Part shown: positions 26,938 through 36,538 of the stretch, in pieces
Layout of the letters: each line of letters starts with the position of its first letter
Position numbering within the stretch: position 1 is the stretch's first letter
Assembly: GCA_963665125.2 (NCBI GenBank)
Contig: CAXXUK010000002.1
Span: 416,001-480,000, forward strand
Direction of reading: 5' to 3'
Length of the DNA: 64,000 nt
From: an uncultured Desulfarculus sp.
Lineage (GTDB): Bacteria > Desulfobacterota > Desulfarculia > Desulfarculales > Desulfarculaceae
Made by a program: the position numbers and the translations under genes
The notes under the pieces: model-generated
What the model was told of the DNA's origin: nothing
Databases searched by the model: none
Seen by the model: the letters and a program-made list of their open reading frames with translations, nothing else

Positions 26938-28047
26938 ATGAAATATTCTGGCAAGTTGATATGCCTTATTGCCTTGTCGGCCGTGTTGCTGCTGGCTGGC
27001 TCTGTTTGTGCCGCTGATACCATTACGCTCACCGACAGCGCCGGAAGAAAAGTGGCCATAACCCAGCCCGTGGAACGCATCGTCTGCCTGGGTCCGGGCT
27101 GTCTACGGCTCATCGTCTATTTGCAGGCCCAGGACAAGGTAGTGGGCGTGGAGGCCCTTGAGGCCCGTTACCCCGGATCACGGCCCTATTACATGGCCCA
27201 CCCCGAGATCGGCAAACTGCCTGTCGTGGGCCCCGGCGGCGTCCCGGCCATAGGCGGCCTGCCTGATGTGGAAGCCCTGTTGAATGTCCGGCCCCAGGTG
27301 ATCTTTGCCACCTATCTGCACCCGCAAAAAGCCGAGCAACTCGAAGCCCTCAGCGGCGCCAAGGTAGTGCTGTTGGATTACGGACCATTCGCCTCGTTTG
27401 ATCCGGACGTCCTGTTCCAGAGCCTGCGTATAGCCGGCAAGGCCCTGGGTAAGGAAAAAAGGGCCGACGAAGTCATCGAGTACGTCAACTCCTGCCTGGC
27501 CGACATGAAGCGCCGCACGGCGGATATAGCCAAACCGGCCCAGGCCTATGTGGGCGGCATCGGCTTCAAAGGCTCCCACGGCATAGACAGCTCCGACGCC
27601 GGTTACGTGCCCTTCACCTGGCTGGGCATCGACAACGCGGCCAAGGGTCTGGGCAAGGGATCTCACTGCTTTGTATCCCAGGAAAAGCTGATGAGCCTGA
27701 ACCCGGAGATCATCTTCGTGGACACCGCCGGGCTGGTCATGCTGGAGGGCGACTATGACAAGCGCCCTGAGTATTATCAGTCCCTGGCGGCCTTTAAAAA
27801 CGGCAGGGTCTACACTCTGCATCCCTTCAACTGGTACACCACCAACCTGGGCACCACCCTGGTGGACGCCTACGCCATCGGCAAGACGGTATATTCTCAG
27901 CAATTCGCCGATGTGGATTTGACGGCCAAGGCCGACGAGATATACCAGCACCTGGTGGGCAAGCCCTTGGCCGGACAAATGCTGGAAGTCTACGGCCCCT
28001 TGGGACAAAATCCATCATTCATCAAGATGCCGGAGCAGAGCAAATGA
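26938..28047 (+). CDS. Periplasmic metal-chelate (iron/cobalamin-type) binding protein
   Basis: Signal peptide; TDSAGRKV..PVERIV, EKLMSLNPEIIF, AFKNGRVY; ATG at 26938 after GGAGA. Confidence 0.9.
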   Translation: MKYSGKLICLIALSAVLLLAGSVCAADTITLTDSAGRKVAITQPVERIVCLGPGCLRLIVYLQAQDKVVGVEALEARYPGSRPYYMAHPEIGKLPVVGPGGVPAIGGLPDVEALLNVRPQVIFATYLHPQKAEQLEALSGAKVVLLDYGPFASFDPDVLFQSLRIAGKALGKEKRADEVIEYVNSCLADMKRRTADIAKPAQAYVGGIGFKGSHGIDSSDAGYVPFTWLGIDNAAKGLGKGSHCFVSQEKLMSLNPEIIFVDTAGLVMLEGDYDKRPEYYQSLAAFKNGRVYTLHPFNWYTTNLGTTLVDAYAIGKTVYSQQFADVDLTAKADEIYQHLVGKPLAGQMLEVYGPLGQNPSFIKMPEQSK

Positions 28048-28652
28048 ACCAGCAAAAGGCCGAGTTCTTTGACAATCAGGTGAAAGCCCAATGGGCGGCC
28101 GAGGAATACGGCGCCGACGAAGCGCCCAAGCTGGAGCGCCTGCGGGCGGCCGCGGACATAAAGCCGGGCATGCATGTCCTGGAGCCCGGCTGCGGCACCG
28201 GGCGGCTGACCAGCCACTTGGCCGAGTGGACCGGCCCCACGGGCAGGGTCGTGGCCCTGGATATCAGCCGGGGCATGGCCGAGGCCTGCGCCCGGCGTAT
28301 TGAAAACTTGCCCCATGCCCGGGCCCACAACCTGGCCATGGAGGACCTGGACGCCGGTCCGGGGTCGTTCCAGCGTATCATCTGCCACCAGGTCTTCCCT
28401 CATTTCGACGACCAACACAGGGCCCTGGAGCTGATGGCCAGCCTGTTGGAGCCCGGCGGCCTGCTGGTGATCGTTCATTTCATTGACTGGGCCACCATCA
28501 ACGACACCCACCGCAAGGCCGGGACCGTGGTTGAAAAAGACCTGATGCCCGATTTCCCGGCCATTCGGGCGATGATGGAGCAGACAGGATTCAGCGTGAC
28601 CATGTTCGCCGATGATGCCTTGGGTTATCTGCTGCGGTCAGTCAAGAATTAG
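28044..28652 (+). CDS. Class I SAM-dependent methyltransferase
   Basis: VLEPGCGTG, VALDIS, LEPGG; ATGA overlap with the binding-protein gene. Confidence 0.9.
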   Translation: MNQQKAEFFDNQVKAQWAAEEYGADEAPKLERLRAAADIKPGMHVLEPGCGTGRLTSHLAEWTGPTGRVVALDISRGMAEACARRIENLPHARAHNLAMEDLDAGPGSFQRIICHQVFPHFDDQHRALELMASLLEPGGLLVIVHFIDWATINDTHRKAGTVVEKDLMPDFPAIRAMMEQTGFSVTMFADDALGYLLRSVKN

Positions 28653-28796
28653 GTGAAATAGAACACGGAATTTTCAGCCTGCCTAAAAACGCCGAACTTG
28701 CCTCTTGATGTTATGTTACATTTTATCGCCGAAAGGTAAGTCGATGAGAAGTTGGCTTTGTCTACTTTGCTTGTAACATATACCGTGGGAGCAGGT

Positions 28797-29462
28797 ATGG
28801 ACGAGTCAAAAAAATCATATCATCACGGTGATCTGCGCAAAGCGCTTATTCAAGAGGCGCTCAAGGTTGTCGAAAAAGAGGGCATTGAAGCCGTGACCAT
28901 GCGCGCCCTGGGCCAGGCCACCGGGGTGTCTCGTACCGCCGCCTACCGCCATTTTGAAAACAAGATCGATTTGCTTTGCGCGGTGGCCGAAGAAGGTTTC
29001 ATCATTATCGGCGAAAGATACCAAAACATCATGGACCAAGCGGCCGACGACGGGTTGGCCAGCCTGGAGACCCTGGGCCGGGGCTATGTGGCTTTTGCCA
29101 TGGATTATCCCAACCTGTTCCGCCTGATGTTCGGCTCCGAACTGGCGGGGCACGCCCGCACGGATGCCCTGAGGGCCGTGGTGGACAAATCCATGGCTTC
29201 GTTTGTGCACACGGTTCTGCAATGCCAGGAGCAAGGCACCATCCAACAGGGCAACCCCCTGGCCCTGACCAGCATCCTCTGGGCTGGCATGCACGGCTTG
29301 GCCACGCTGCTTGTGGACGGCCAACTGCAAACCGATGAGCAAGCCCACGGCGTACCGATCCTGACCACCGACAAGGTCGGCACCACGCAAAAAAACTCCC
29401 AAAAGGTTCTGGACCTGATGGTTGGTGCAATCCTGCGAGGGCTGGCCCCCACTTCAGCCTGA
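28797..29462 (+). CDS. TetR family regulator (WHG-type C-terminal domain)
   Basis: YHHGDLRKALI, GVSRTAAYRHF, WAGMHGLATL. Confidence 0.92.
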   Translation: MDESKKSYHHGDLRKALIQEALKVVEKEGIEAVTMRALGQATGVSRTAAYRHFENKIDLLCAVAEEGFIIIGERYQNIMDQAADDGLASLETLGRGYVAFAMDYPNLFRLMFGSELAGHARTDALRAVVDKSMASFVHTVLQCQEQGTIQQGNPLALTSILWAGMHGLATLLVDGQLQTDEQAHGVPILTTDKVGTTQKNSQKVLDLMVGAILRGLAPTSA

Positions 29463-29552
29463 AAGCGTTTTGCCTGACCAATACCGCCACAAACCAGGCT
29501 GGCCGGCGGGGGGGCTGGTCTTGTTCGTTTGTACCTGATAATATAGCCATGT

Positions 29553-29568
29553 GATGCAATGGCGCATC
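29553..29568. promoter_or_regulatory. Putative autoregulatory binding site of the sigma54 activator
   Basis: GATGC-N6-GCATC, the same motif as the three sites upstream of abfD. Confidence 0.6.
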
Positions 29569-29606
29569 AAAAGACAAGGCGACCAAGACCAGAACCAGGA
29601 CTCAGT

Positions 29607-31406
29607 ATGTCTTCATCCGGCCAGCCAAACCTTCCGGCCCTGGATATAGGCCCAAGCAAAACCTTGGCCGACAGCGCCAAGATGCTCCACGGCATCCTTG
29701 ACTTCATCTACAATCCCATAGTCGCCGTGGACCATGAGGGCCGCATCATTTTCTGCAACCGGGCCATGACCAACATCATAGGCAACAGCCTGGACGAACT
29801 GCTGGGTCAGCGGGTGGAGGATTTTGTCCACTATTCCCGGCTGCGCCAGATCATCCAGACCGGCAAGACCGAGTCGGTGCAAAAAATCGACATTGGCGGC
29901 ACGGTGTACATGTCCAACCGGACGCCGATCATGGATAACGTCAGGGTCGTGGGCGCGGTGGCCGTGTTGCAGGACATTTCAGAGCTGGCGGCAATCGCCG
30001 ACGAACTGGAGCAGACCAAGCGCCTTTCCGTGGAACTCGACGCCATCATCGAGTCGTCATTCGACGGCATCTACGTGGCGGACGGCAAGGGCCTCACCAT
30101 CCGGGTCAACAAGGCCTATGAGCGCATCACCGGCATCCGCCGCCAGGACGTGCTGGGCCGCACCATGGCCGATCTGGTGGCCGAGGGCTTTTTCAACGAG
30201 TCGGTCACCTTGCGGGTCCTGGAAAGCAGACGCCCCGAATCCCTTGTGCAGACTGTAAAAACCGGCAAGAAGCTCATGGTCACCGGCACGCCCATTGTCG
30301 GCGACGACGGGGAGGTGACCCTGGTGGTCACCAGCGTGCGCGACGTCACCGAACTCTACAACCTGCAAAGCCAGCTCGTGCAGGAAGAGCAGCTGCGCAG
30401 CAAATATGAAAGCGAACTCAAACAGCTGCGCAAATCGGCCAGCGAATCCAACCAGGCCATTATCCAATCAAAAAAAATGAAGGAAACCTTTGAGTTGGCC
30501 ATGCGCCTGGCCCAGGTGGACACCACCATCCTGGTGCAGGGCGAGTCCGGCGTGGGCAAGGAGATCTTCGCCGATCTGGTGCATGCCAACAGCCAGCGCC
30601 GGGACAATCCCCTTATCAAGATAAGCTGCGCGGCCATACCGGAGCAGCTTCTGGAGTCCGAGCTGTTCGGCTACGCGCCGGCGGCGTTTACCGGGGCCAG
30701 CAAACAGGGCAGGGTGGGCATATTCGAATCGGCCAAGGGCGGCACTATCTTTTTGGACGAGATCGGCGAGATGCCTCTTTCCTTGCAGGCCAAGCTGTTG
30801 CGGGTCTTGCAAGCCAAGGAAGTGATCCGGGTGGGCAGCAGCGTGGCCGTGCCCGTGGACGTGCGGATCATCGCCGCCACCAACCGCGATCTCAAGCAGA
30901 TGGTGGCCCAGGGCCAGTACCGCCAGGACCTTTTCTTCCGTCTCAATGTCGTGCCGGTGGTCATCCCGCCCCTGCGGGAGCGCAAGGAAGCCATCCCCAA
31001 CCTGGTTTACCACTTCCTGGAGCGCTTCAACCGGCAATACGGCTTCAGCAAGCAAATCGACCCCCAGGTCCTGGATAAATTGTACGGCTACAACTGGCCG
31101 GGCAATGTGCGCGAGTTGGTCAACACCATTGAGAGGCTGGTGGTCACCTGCCAGGGCGACGTGATCACCATCGACGATTTGCCCCAGCGTATGAGGGCCG
31201 CCAAGGACGTGCCGGCCTCCGAGCTGGTGGACGGATCCTTGCGGGCGACCCTGGACAAGGTTGAACGGCGGATAATCGCCGAGGCCCTGGAAAAGCACGG
31301 CTCCACCCACAAGGCGGCCAAGGCCCTGGGGGTGAACCAGTCGACAATAGTGCGCAAGATGCAGCGTTTGGGCCTGGCAAACGGAAGGGTGCCCCTGGGA
31401 GATTGA
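29607..31406 (+). CDS. PAS-PAS sigma54-dependent enhancer-binding protein with TyrR-like HTH
   Basis: Two PAS domains; GESGVGKE, ESELFGY..AFTGA, FLDEIGE, RQDLFFRLNV, WPGNVREL, C-terminal HTH. Start uncertain (29559, 29607 or 29682). Confidence 0.93.
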   Translation: MSSSGQPNLPALDIGPSKTLADSAKMLHGILDFIYNPIVAVDHEGRIIFCNRAMTNIIGNSLDELLGQRVEDFVHYSRLRQIIQTGKTESVQKIDIGGTVYMSNRTPIMDNVRVVGAVAVLQDISELAAIADELEQTKRLSVELDAIIESSFDGIYVADGKGLTIRVNKAYERITGIRRQDVLGRTMADLVAEGFFNESVTLRVLESRRPESLVQTVKTGKKLMVTGTPIVGDDGEVTLVVTSVRDVTELYNLQSQLVQEEQLRSKYESELKQLRKSASESNQAIIQSKKMKETFELAMRLAQVDTTILVQGESGVGKEIFADLVHANSQRRDNPLIKISCAAIPEQLLESELFGYAPAAFTGASKQGRVGIFESAKGGTIFLDEIGEMPLSLQAKLLRVLQAKEVIRVGSSVAVPVDVRIIAATNRDLKQMVAQGQYRQDLFFRLNVVPVVIPPLRERKEAIPNLVYHFLERFNRQYGFSKQIDPQVLDKLYGYNWPGNVRELVNTIERLVVTCQGDVITIDDLPQRMRAAKDVPASELVDGSLRATLDKVERRIIAEALEKHGSTHKAAKALGVNQSTIVRKMQRLGLANGRVPLGD

Positions 31407-31509
31407 TGCTTTTTTGCATCGATGCGATCATGCATCAAATCTCGGAAAGCGTAGGCCCGGCCGCGTGGTAAACCTTGTTCCGCCATAGAAATCGATGCAA
31501 TAATGCATC
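31405..31509. promoter_or_regulatory. Three upstream activator sequences GATGC-N6-GCATC
   Basis: Sites at 31405-31420, 31421-31436 and 31494-31509, about 170-270 bp upstream of the sigma54 promoter. Confidence 0.75.
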
Positions 31510-31675
31510 GTGAATTCCCGAATTTATAGTCAACGCGTTTTGGATCAGCCGGGTCAAAAAGGGAAACATCACCTTGCCCGGTTGCTGCGTTGATTCATAA
31601 TTGATTATATAAAACGACATGTTAACAGTATGTTTCGGGGCCGAAATCTGCCTTGGGCCTTGGGCGCGCGCATTT

Positions 31676-31690
31676 TGGCACTTTTGTTGC
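31676..31690 (+). promoter_or_regulatory. Sigma54 (-24/-12) promoter of the abfD operon
   Basis: TGGCAC-TTTTG-TTGC, an exact match to the TGGCAC-N5-TTGC consensus. Confidence 0.9.
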
Positions 31691-31800
31691 TCTATATGCG
31701 GGCGGGCCCACGCAGGGCCTGATGCCCAAACCGGCTCCGGAACATTTAAACGTGACGCCCGTAGCAGTGCGCCCGTAACAATCTCAGGGGAGAATTCAAG

Positions 31801-33252
31801 ATGCCAATGATGACCGGTGAACAATACGAACAAAGCCTGCGCAAACTCAACTTGAACGTCTACATGTTCGGCAAAAAGGTCGAAAACGTGGTGGACGATC
31901 CCATCATCAGGCCTTCGATGAACGCGGTCAAACTAACCTACGAGTTGGCCCACAAGCCTGAATACGAAGACTTGATGACGGCCAACTCCCATCTGACCGG
32001 CAAGAAGATCAACCGCTTCACCCACATTCATCAGAGCACCGACGACCTGGTCAAAAAAACCAAGATGGGCCGCCTGCTGGGCTCGCTGACCGGCTGCTGC
32101 TTCCAGCGTTGCGTGGGCATGGACGCCATGAACGCCCTGTCCATCGTGACTCACGACATCGATAAAAAGCACGGCACGGAATACGAAAAGCGCTTCCTGA
32201 AATATCTGGAGTTTGTCCAGGAAAACGACTACACCTGCGACGGCGCCATGACCGACCCCAAGGGCGACCGCGCCCTGGCGCCCCACCAGCAGCCCGACCC
32301 GGACATGTTCCTGCACATTGTCGAGGAAAAGGCCGACGGCATCGTGGTCCGCGGGGCCAAGGCCCACCAGACCGGCGCGGTGAACTCCCACGAGATCATC
32401 ATCATGCCCACCATCTCCATGCGCGCCGAAGACGCCGACTATGCCGTGAGCTTCGCCCTGCCCGCCGACGCCGAGGGCATCACCTACATCATGGGCCGCC
32501 AGTCCTGCGACACCCGCAAGCTCGAGAGCGGCACCATCGACCGGGGCAACAGCCTCTACGGCGGCCACGAGTCCCTGGTGGTGTTCGACAACGTGTTCGT
32601 GCCCTGGGACCGCGTGTTCATGTACAAGGAATACGAATTTGCCGGACGTCTGGTGGAGAATTTCGCCTCCTACCACCGCCAAAGCTACGCCTGCAAGGCC
32701 GGCGTTGGCGACGTGCTCATCGGCGCCACCCAGAACATCGCCGAGTACAACGGCGCGGCCAAGGCCAGCCACGTCAAAGACAAGATCATCGAGATGAACC
32801 ATCTCAACGAGACCCTGTTCTGCGGATCGGTTGCCTGCGCCTGCGAGGGCCACAAGGAGCCCAGCGGCACCTATCTGGTCAATACGTTGTTGGCCAATGT
32901 CTGCAAGCAGAACGTGACCCGCTTCCCCTATGAGATCGCCCGCCTGGCCCAGGATATCGCCGGCGGCCTGATGGTCACCCTGCCTTCGGAGGACGACTTC
33001 CGTTCGCCCGAGGTGGGCCATTGGCTGGAGAAGTACTACAAGGGCAACGAGTCCGTGCCCACCGAACACCGCATGCGCATGCTGCGGCTGATTGAAAACA
33101 TAACCATGGGCACCGCGGCCGTGGGCTATCTGACCGAATCCATGCACGGAGCCGGTTCGCCCCAGGCCCAGCGAATCATGATTTCGCGCCAGGTGAACAT
33201 GGACCAGAAGAAGAAGGTCGCCAAGCAACTTTGCGGCATCGAGGAAAAGTAG
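31801..33252 (+). CDS. abfD: 4-hydroxybutyryl-CoA dehydratase / vinylacetyl-CoA delta-isomerase
   Basis: CFQRCVGMD, MTDPKGDR, GAKAHQTG, GRQSCDTRK, GGHES, YHRQSYACK, TESMHGAGSPQAQ. Confidence 0.92.
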   Translation: MPMMTGEQYEQSLRKLNLNVYMFGKKVENVVDDPIIRPSMNAVKLTYELAHKPEYEDLMTANSHLTGKKINRFTHIHQSTDDLVKKTKMGRLLGSLTGCCFQRCVGMDAMNALSIVTHDIDKKHGTEYEKRFLKYLEFVQENDYTCDGAMTDPKGDRALAPHQQPDPDMFLHIVEEKADGIVVRGAKAHQTGAVNSHEIIIMPTISMRAEDADYAVSFALPADAEGITYIMGRQSCDTRKLESGTIDRGNSLYGGHESLVVFDNVFVPWDRVFMYKEYEFAGRLVENFASYHRQSYACKAGVGDVLIGATQNIAEYNGAAKASHVKDKIIEMNHLNETLFCGSVACACEGHKEPSGTYLVNTLLANVCKQNVTRFPYEIARLAQDIAGGLMVTLPSEDDFRSPEVGHWLEKYYKGNESVPTEHRMRMLRLIENITMGTAAVGYLTESMHGAGSPQAQRIMISRQVNMDQKKKVAKQLCGIEEK

Positions 33253-33259
33253 GGCCTGG

Positions 33260-33532
33260 GTGGTTTTAGGCCTGAAATATTGTGGAGGCTGCTCCGCCCG
33301 CTTCGACCGGGTGGAGCTGGCCGAAACAATCAAGCAGCGCCTGGGCGCCACGGTGGAGTGGGTCTCTTACGACAATCCCGAAGCTGAGCATCTGTTGGTG
33401 ATCGCCGGTTGCGAAAGCGCTTGCGTGGATCTGGAGCCTTTCCAAGGCAAGAAAATACACATGATCTTCCGTGAGCAAGAGTTGGAATCAATCATCCAAG
33501 AACTTACACAAGCTGCCAAAGGAACCGACTGA
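33260..33532 (+). CDS. Small four-cysteine protein (KYCGGC...GCxxAC)
   Basis: 90-aa ORF filling the gap between abfD and the CoA-transferase; its stop overlaps the next ATG. Confidence 0.75.
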   Translation: MVLGLKYCGGCSARFDRVELAETIKQRLGATVEWVSYDNPEAEHLLVIAGCESACVDLEPFQGKKIHMIFREQELESIIQELTQAAKGTD

Positions 33533-34938
33533 TGGATTGGCAAAAAACCTACAACAGCAAGAAGATGAGCGCGGCTGACGCCGTGAGCCGAATCAGCTCG
33601 GGCGACAGGGTCGTGGTGGGCCACGCCTGTGGATCGCCGGAGACACTGTTGAAGGCCATGGTGGAAAACAAGCAGCAGTACCTGGGCGTGGAACTGGTGC
33701 ACATGGTCTCCATGGGCTCGTCCGAGTACTGTTTGCCCGAAAACAGCCCCCACTTCATCCATAATTCGCTGTTCGCCGGGGCCACCTCCCGCCAGGCCGT
33801 GAACAACGGCTGGGGCATCTTCACACCCTGTCACTTCAGCCAGATTCCGCGGCTGTTCACCCAGGGCATCCTGCCGGTGGACGTGACCCTGTGCATGGTT
33901 TCGCCGCCCGATGAGCACGGCTACTGCTCGTTCGGCATCTCGGTGGACTACACCAAGCCCGCCGCCGAATCCAGCCGTCTGGTCATCGCCGAAGTCACCC
34001 CGCACATGCCCCGGACCCTGGGCGACTCGTTCATCCATGTCAAGGACATCGACTGCATCGTCGAGACCGACGCCAGGCCGGTGACCCTGCCCAAGGCCAA
34101 GATCACCCCCATTGACGAGGCCATCGGCGGCTACTGCGCCGAACTGATTCGCGACGGCGACTGCCTCCAGTTGGGCATCGGCGCGGTGCCCGACTCCATC
34201 CTGGGTTTCCTGGGCGACAAAAAGGACCTGGGCATCCATACCGAGATGTTCAGCGACGGCGTCGTGGACCTGGTGGAGGCTGGCAACATCACCTGCGAGC
34301 GCAAGAACCTGCACAAGGGCAAAATGGTGGCCACGTTCTTCATGGGCACCGAAAAGCTCTACAACTTCGTGCACAACAACCCGCTGGTGGAGATGTTCAG
34401 CGTTGACTACACCAACGACCCGCGGGTGGTGGCTCAAAACGACAACCTGGTCTCGGTCAACTCGGCTTTGCAGGTTGACTTCACCGGCCAGGTGGTCTCC
34501 GACAGCATCGGCTACAAGCAATACAGCGGCACCGGCGGCCAGGTCGATTTCGTACGCGGGGCCTGCTGGTCCAATGGCGGGCGCTCCATCCTGGCCTTCC
34601 GCTCCACGGCGGCCAGAGGCAAGATCTCGCGCATCGCCGCCCATATCGACGAGGGCGCCTCGGTAACCACCCTGCGCGCCGACGTTCACTACATCGTCAC
34701 CGAACACGGCGTGGCCGACCTGCGCGGCAAGAGCGTGTCCGAGCGGGCCAAGGCCCTGATCGCCATAGCCCATCCGGACTTCCGCGGAGAGCTGCGCCGT
34801 GAATACGAAAACGTTTATCTCAAGGACAACCCCCTGCTCAGACCAATGCCCGAAAACAAGAGGGCGGCCTACTGGCCCCATGAGCATGACGGAGCTTATT
34901 TGAAACAACTCGCCGACGCCGTGGAGCCGGCGGCCTGA
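33532..34938 (+). CDS. abfT: 4-hydroxybutyrate CoA-transferase (acetyl-CoA hydrolase/transferase family)
   Basis: SPPDEHGYCSFG, LQLGIGAVP, LGIHTEMFSDG (catalytic Glu), SGTGGQVDF, VTEHGVADLRGK; operonic with abfD. Confidence 0.88.
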   Translation: MDWQKTYNSKKMSAADAVSRISSGDRVVVGHACGSPETLLKAMVENKQQYLGVELVHMVSMGSSEYCLPENSPHFIHNSLFAGATSRQAVNNGWGIFTPCHFSQIPRLFTQGILPVDVTLCMVSPPDEHGYCSFGISVDYTKPAAESSRLVIAEVTPHMPRTLGDSFIHVKDIDCIVETDARPVTLPKAKITPIDEAIGGYCAELIRDGDCLQLGIGAVPDSILGFLGDKKDLGIHTEMFSDGVVDLVEAGNITCERKNLHKGKMVATFFMGTEKLYNFVHNNPLVEMFSVDYTNDPRVVAQNDNLVSVNSALQVDFTGQVVSDSIGYKQYSGTGGQVDFVRGACWSNGGRSILAFRSTAARGKISRIAAHIDEGASVTTLRADVHYIVTEHGVADLRGKSVSERAKALIAIAHPDFRGELRREYENVYLKDNPLLRPMPENKRAAYWPHEHDGAYLKQLADAVEPAA

Positions 34939-34998
34939 ACTGGTGCGTAGGCGAAAAGATAGTCAACAACCACAGTTATGACTAGGAGGGATATTGGG

Positions 34999-36444
34999 AT
35001 GAGCCTTAAACGTGAATACGGCGGTGTACAACCGGGCTTCCGCATGGGTCCGCTGACCCTACGGCTTCCTTTCGTGCACTACCGCTTTGAGTTTGCAGAC
35101 TACCTGCAGGGTCTGTTGATGTGCACGGTCTGCCTGGCCATCATTCCGGTATTGACCGGCAAGCTGGGCATGTCGTTCGAGGTGGCCCTGGCCATCGTTA
35201 TTCTCAACGGCACCTTGTATCTGGCCCACACGACCTTTGGCGACCCGGTGGTTCCGGGATGGGTCACACCGGCAATTCCGTTATTGATCGCCTATGTGGA
35301 GGGCTTCGCCCCCGGCGTGGAGCGGATGCAGGCGTTGATTTCTTTTGAGCTGATGTTCGGCCTGTTCTGCATCCTCATCGGTGCGACGGGTCTGGCCCGC
35401 AAAGTCATCAAGCTGATTCCCAATGCCGTGCAATCGGGCATTCTGCTGGGTGCGGGTTTCGCGGCCATCATGCTGGTGTTCAAGCCGGGCAAGGGGCTCA
35501 AGAGCTTCGACAACTTCCCCTGGACCGTCGTCATCTGCATGGGCCTGGCTTTCTACCTGCTTTTCAGCCACCATTTCAAAAAGATCCGCCACAAGAACAA
35601 GTTTCTGTACTACCTGTCCAACCTGGGCATGATGCCCGCCTTGGCCCTGGCCATCTTCGTGGGCCCGCTGACCGGCGAACTTGCCTGGCCCACCTATGAG
35701 GGCAGCATCTTCACCAGCCCCGACTTCGCGGGCCTGTTCAGCCAGTTCACCATGTTCGGGGCCATCCCGGTGCCGCCGCTGGAAATGTTCCTGACCGCCA
35801 TACCCATGGTCATCAGCGCCTACATCGTGGTCTTCGGCGACATCATTCAGACCCAGGCCCTCATCGAGGACGCCCAGAAATACCGTCCCGATGAAAAGAT
35901 CAACTATGACCCCAACCGTTCGCACCTGATCTTCGGCGCCCGTAACACCATCATGAGCATCGTCGGCCCGGACATCTCCATGTGCGGTCCGCTGTGGGCG
36001 GCCATGCAGGTGGTCATCTGCGAACGCTACAAGCACGGCCCCAAGGCCATGGACTCCATCTACGGCGGCGCTGCTTCCTTCCGCTTCGGCACCTGGACCG
36101 GCTACTTCCTGGCCCCCATCACGGCCTCGGTCAAGCCGATCCTGGGCGTGGGCCTGGCCTCGACCATGCTCATCCAGGGCTATGTCAGCGTGCGCGTGGG
36201 CATCCTCAAGGCAAGGTCGTTCAACGATCTGGGTATCGCCGGCATCTCCGGCGCCATTCTGGCCACCCGCGGCGCGGCCTGGGGCCTGGGCGCGGCGATC
36301 CTGCTGTGCCTGCTGGTCTACCTGGGCGGCAAGAAGGAAGACGCCTACATGGCCGAAGAACCGGTCTTCCCCGGCAACTCGCCCGAGAAGATCGCCCAGG
36401 AGGTGGCCGAGGCCCAGGCCAATGGAGTCAAGGCCGCCAGCTAG
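34999..36444 (+). CDS. Polytopic membrane transporter (possibly related to xanthine/uracil permeases)
   Basis: More than 10 hydrophobic segments; AGGAGG RBS; last gene of the abfD operon. Confidence 0.75.
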   Translation: MSLKREYGGVQPGFRMGPLTLRLPFVHYRFEFADYLQGLLMCTVCLAIIPVLTGKLGMSFEVALAIVILNGTLYLAHTTFGDPVVPGWVTPAIPLLIAYVEGFAPGVERMQALISFELMFGLFCILIGATGLARKVIKLIPNAVQSGILLGAGFAAIMLVFKPGKGLKSFDNFPWTVVICMGLAFYLLFSHHFKKIRHKNKFLYYLSNLGMMPALALAIFVGPLTGELAWPTYEGSIFTSPDFAGLFSQFTMFGAIPVPPLEMFLTAIPMVISAYIVVFGDIIQTQALIEDAQKYRPDEKINYDPNRSHLIFGARNTIMSIVGPDISMCGPLWAAMQVVICERYKHGPKAMDSIYGGAASFRFGTWTGYFLAPITASVKPILGVGLASTMLIQGYVSVRVGILKARSFNDLGIAGISGAILATRGAAWGLGAAILLCLLVYLGGKKEDAYMAEEPVFPGNSPEKIAQEVAEAQANGVKAAS

Positions 36445-36489
36445 ATATTGATTGAGTGTACCCCTACACCCCTACTGCTACGGGTAAAA

Positions 36490-36518
36490 GCCTCCCCCGC
36501 AATTCGGCGGGGGAGGCC
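36490..36518. terminator. Stem-loop at the end of the abfD operon
   Basis: GCCTCCCCCGC/GCGGGGGAGGC inverted repeat. Confidence 0.55.
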
Positions 36519-36538
36519 GGGCCCGGAGGAAAAAGCAA

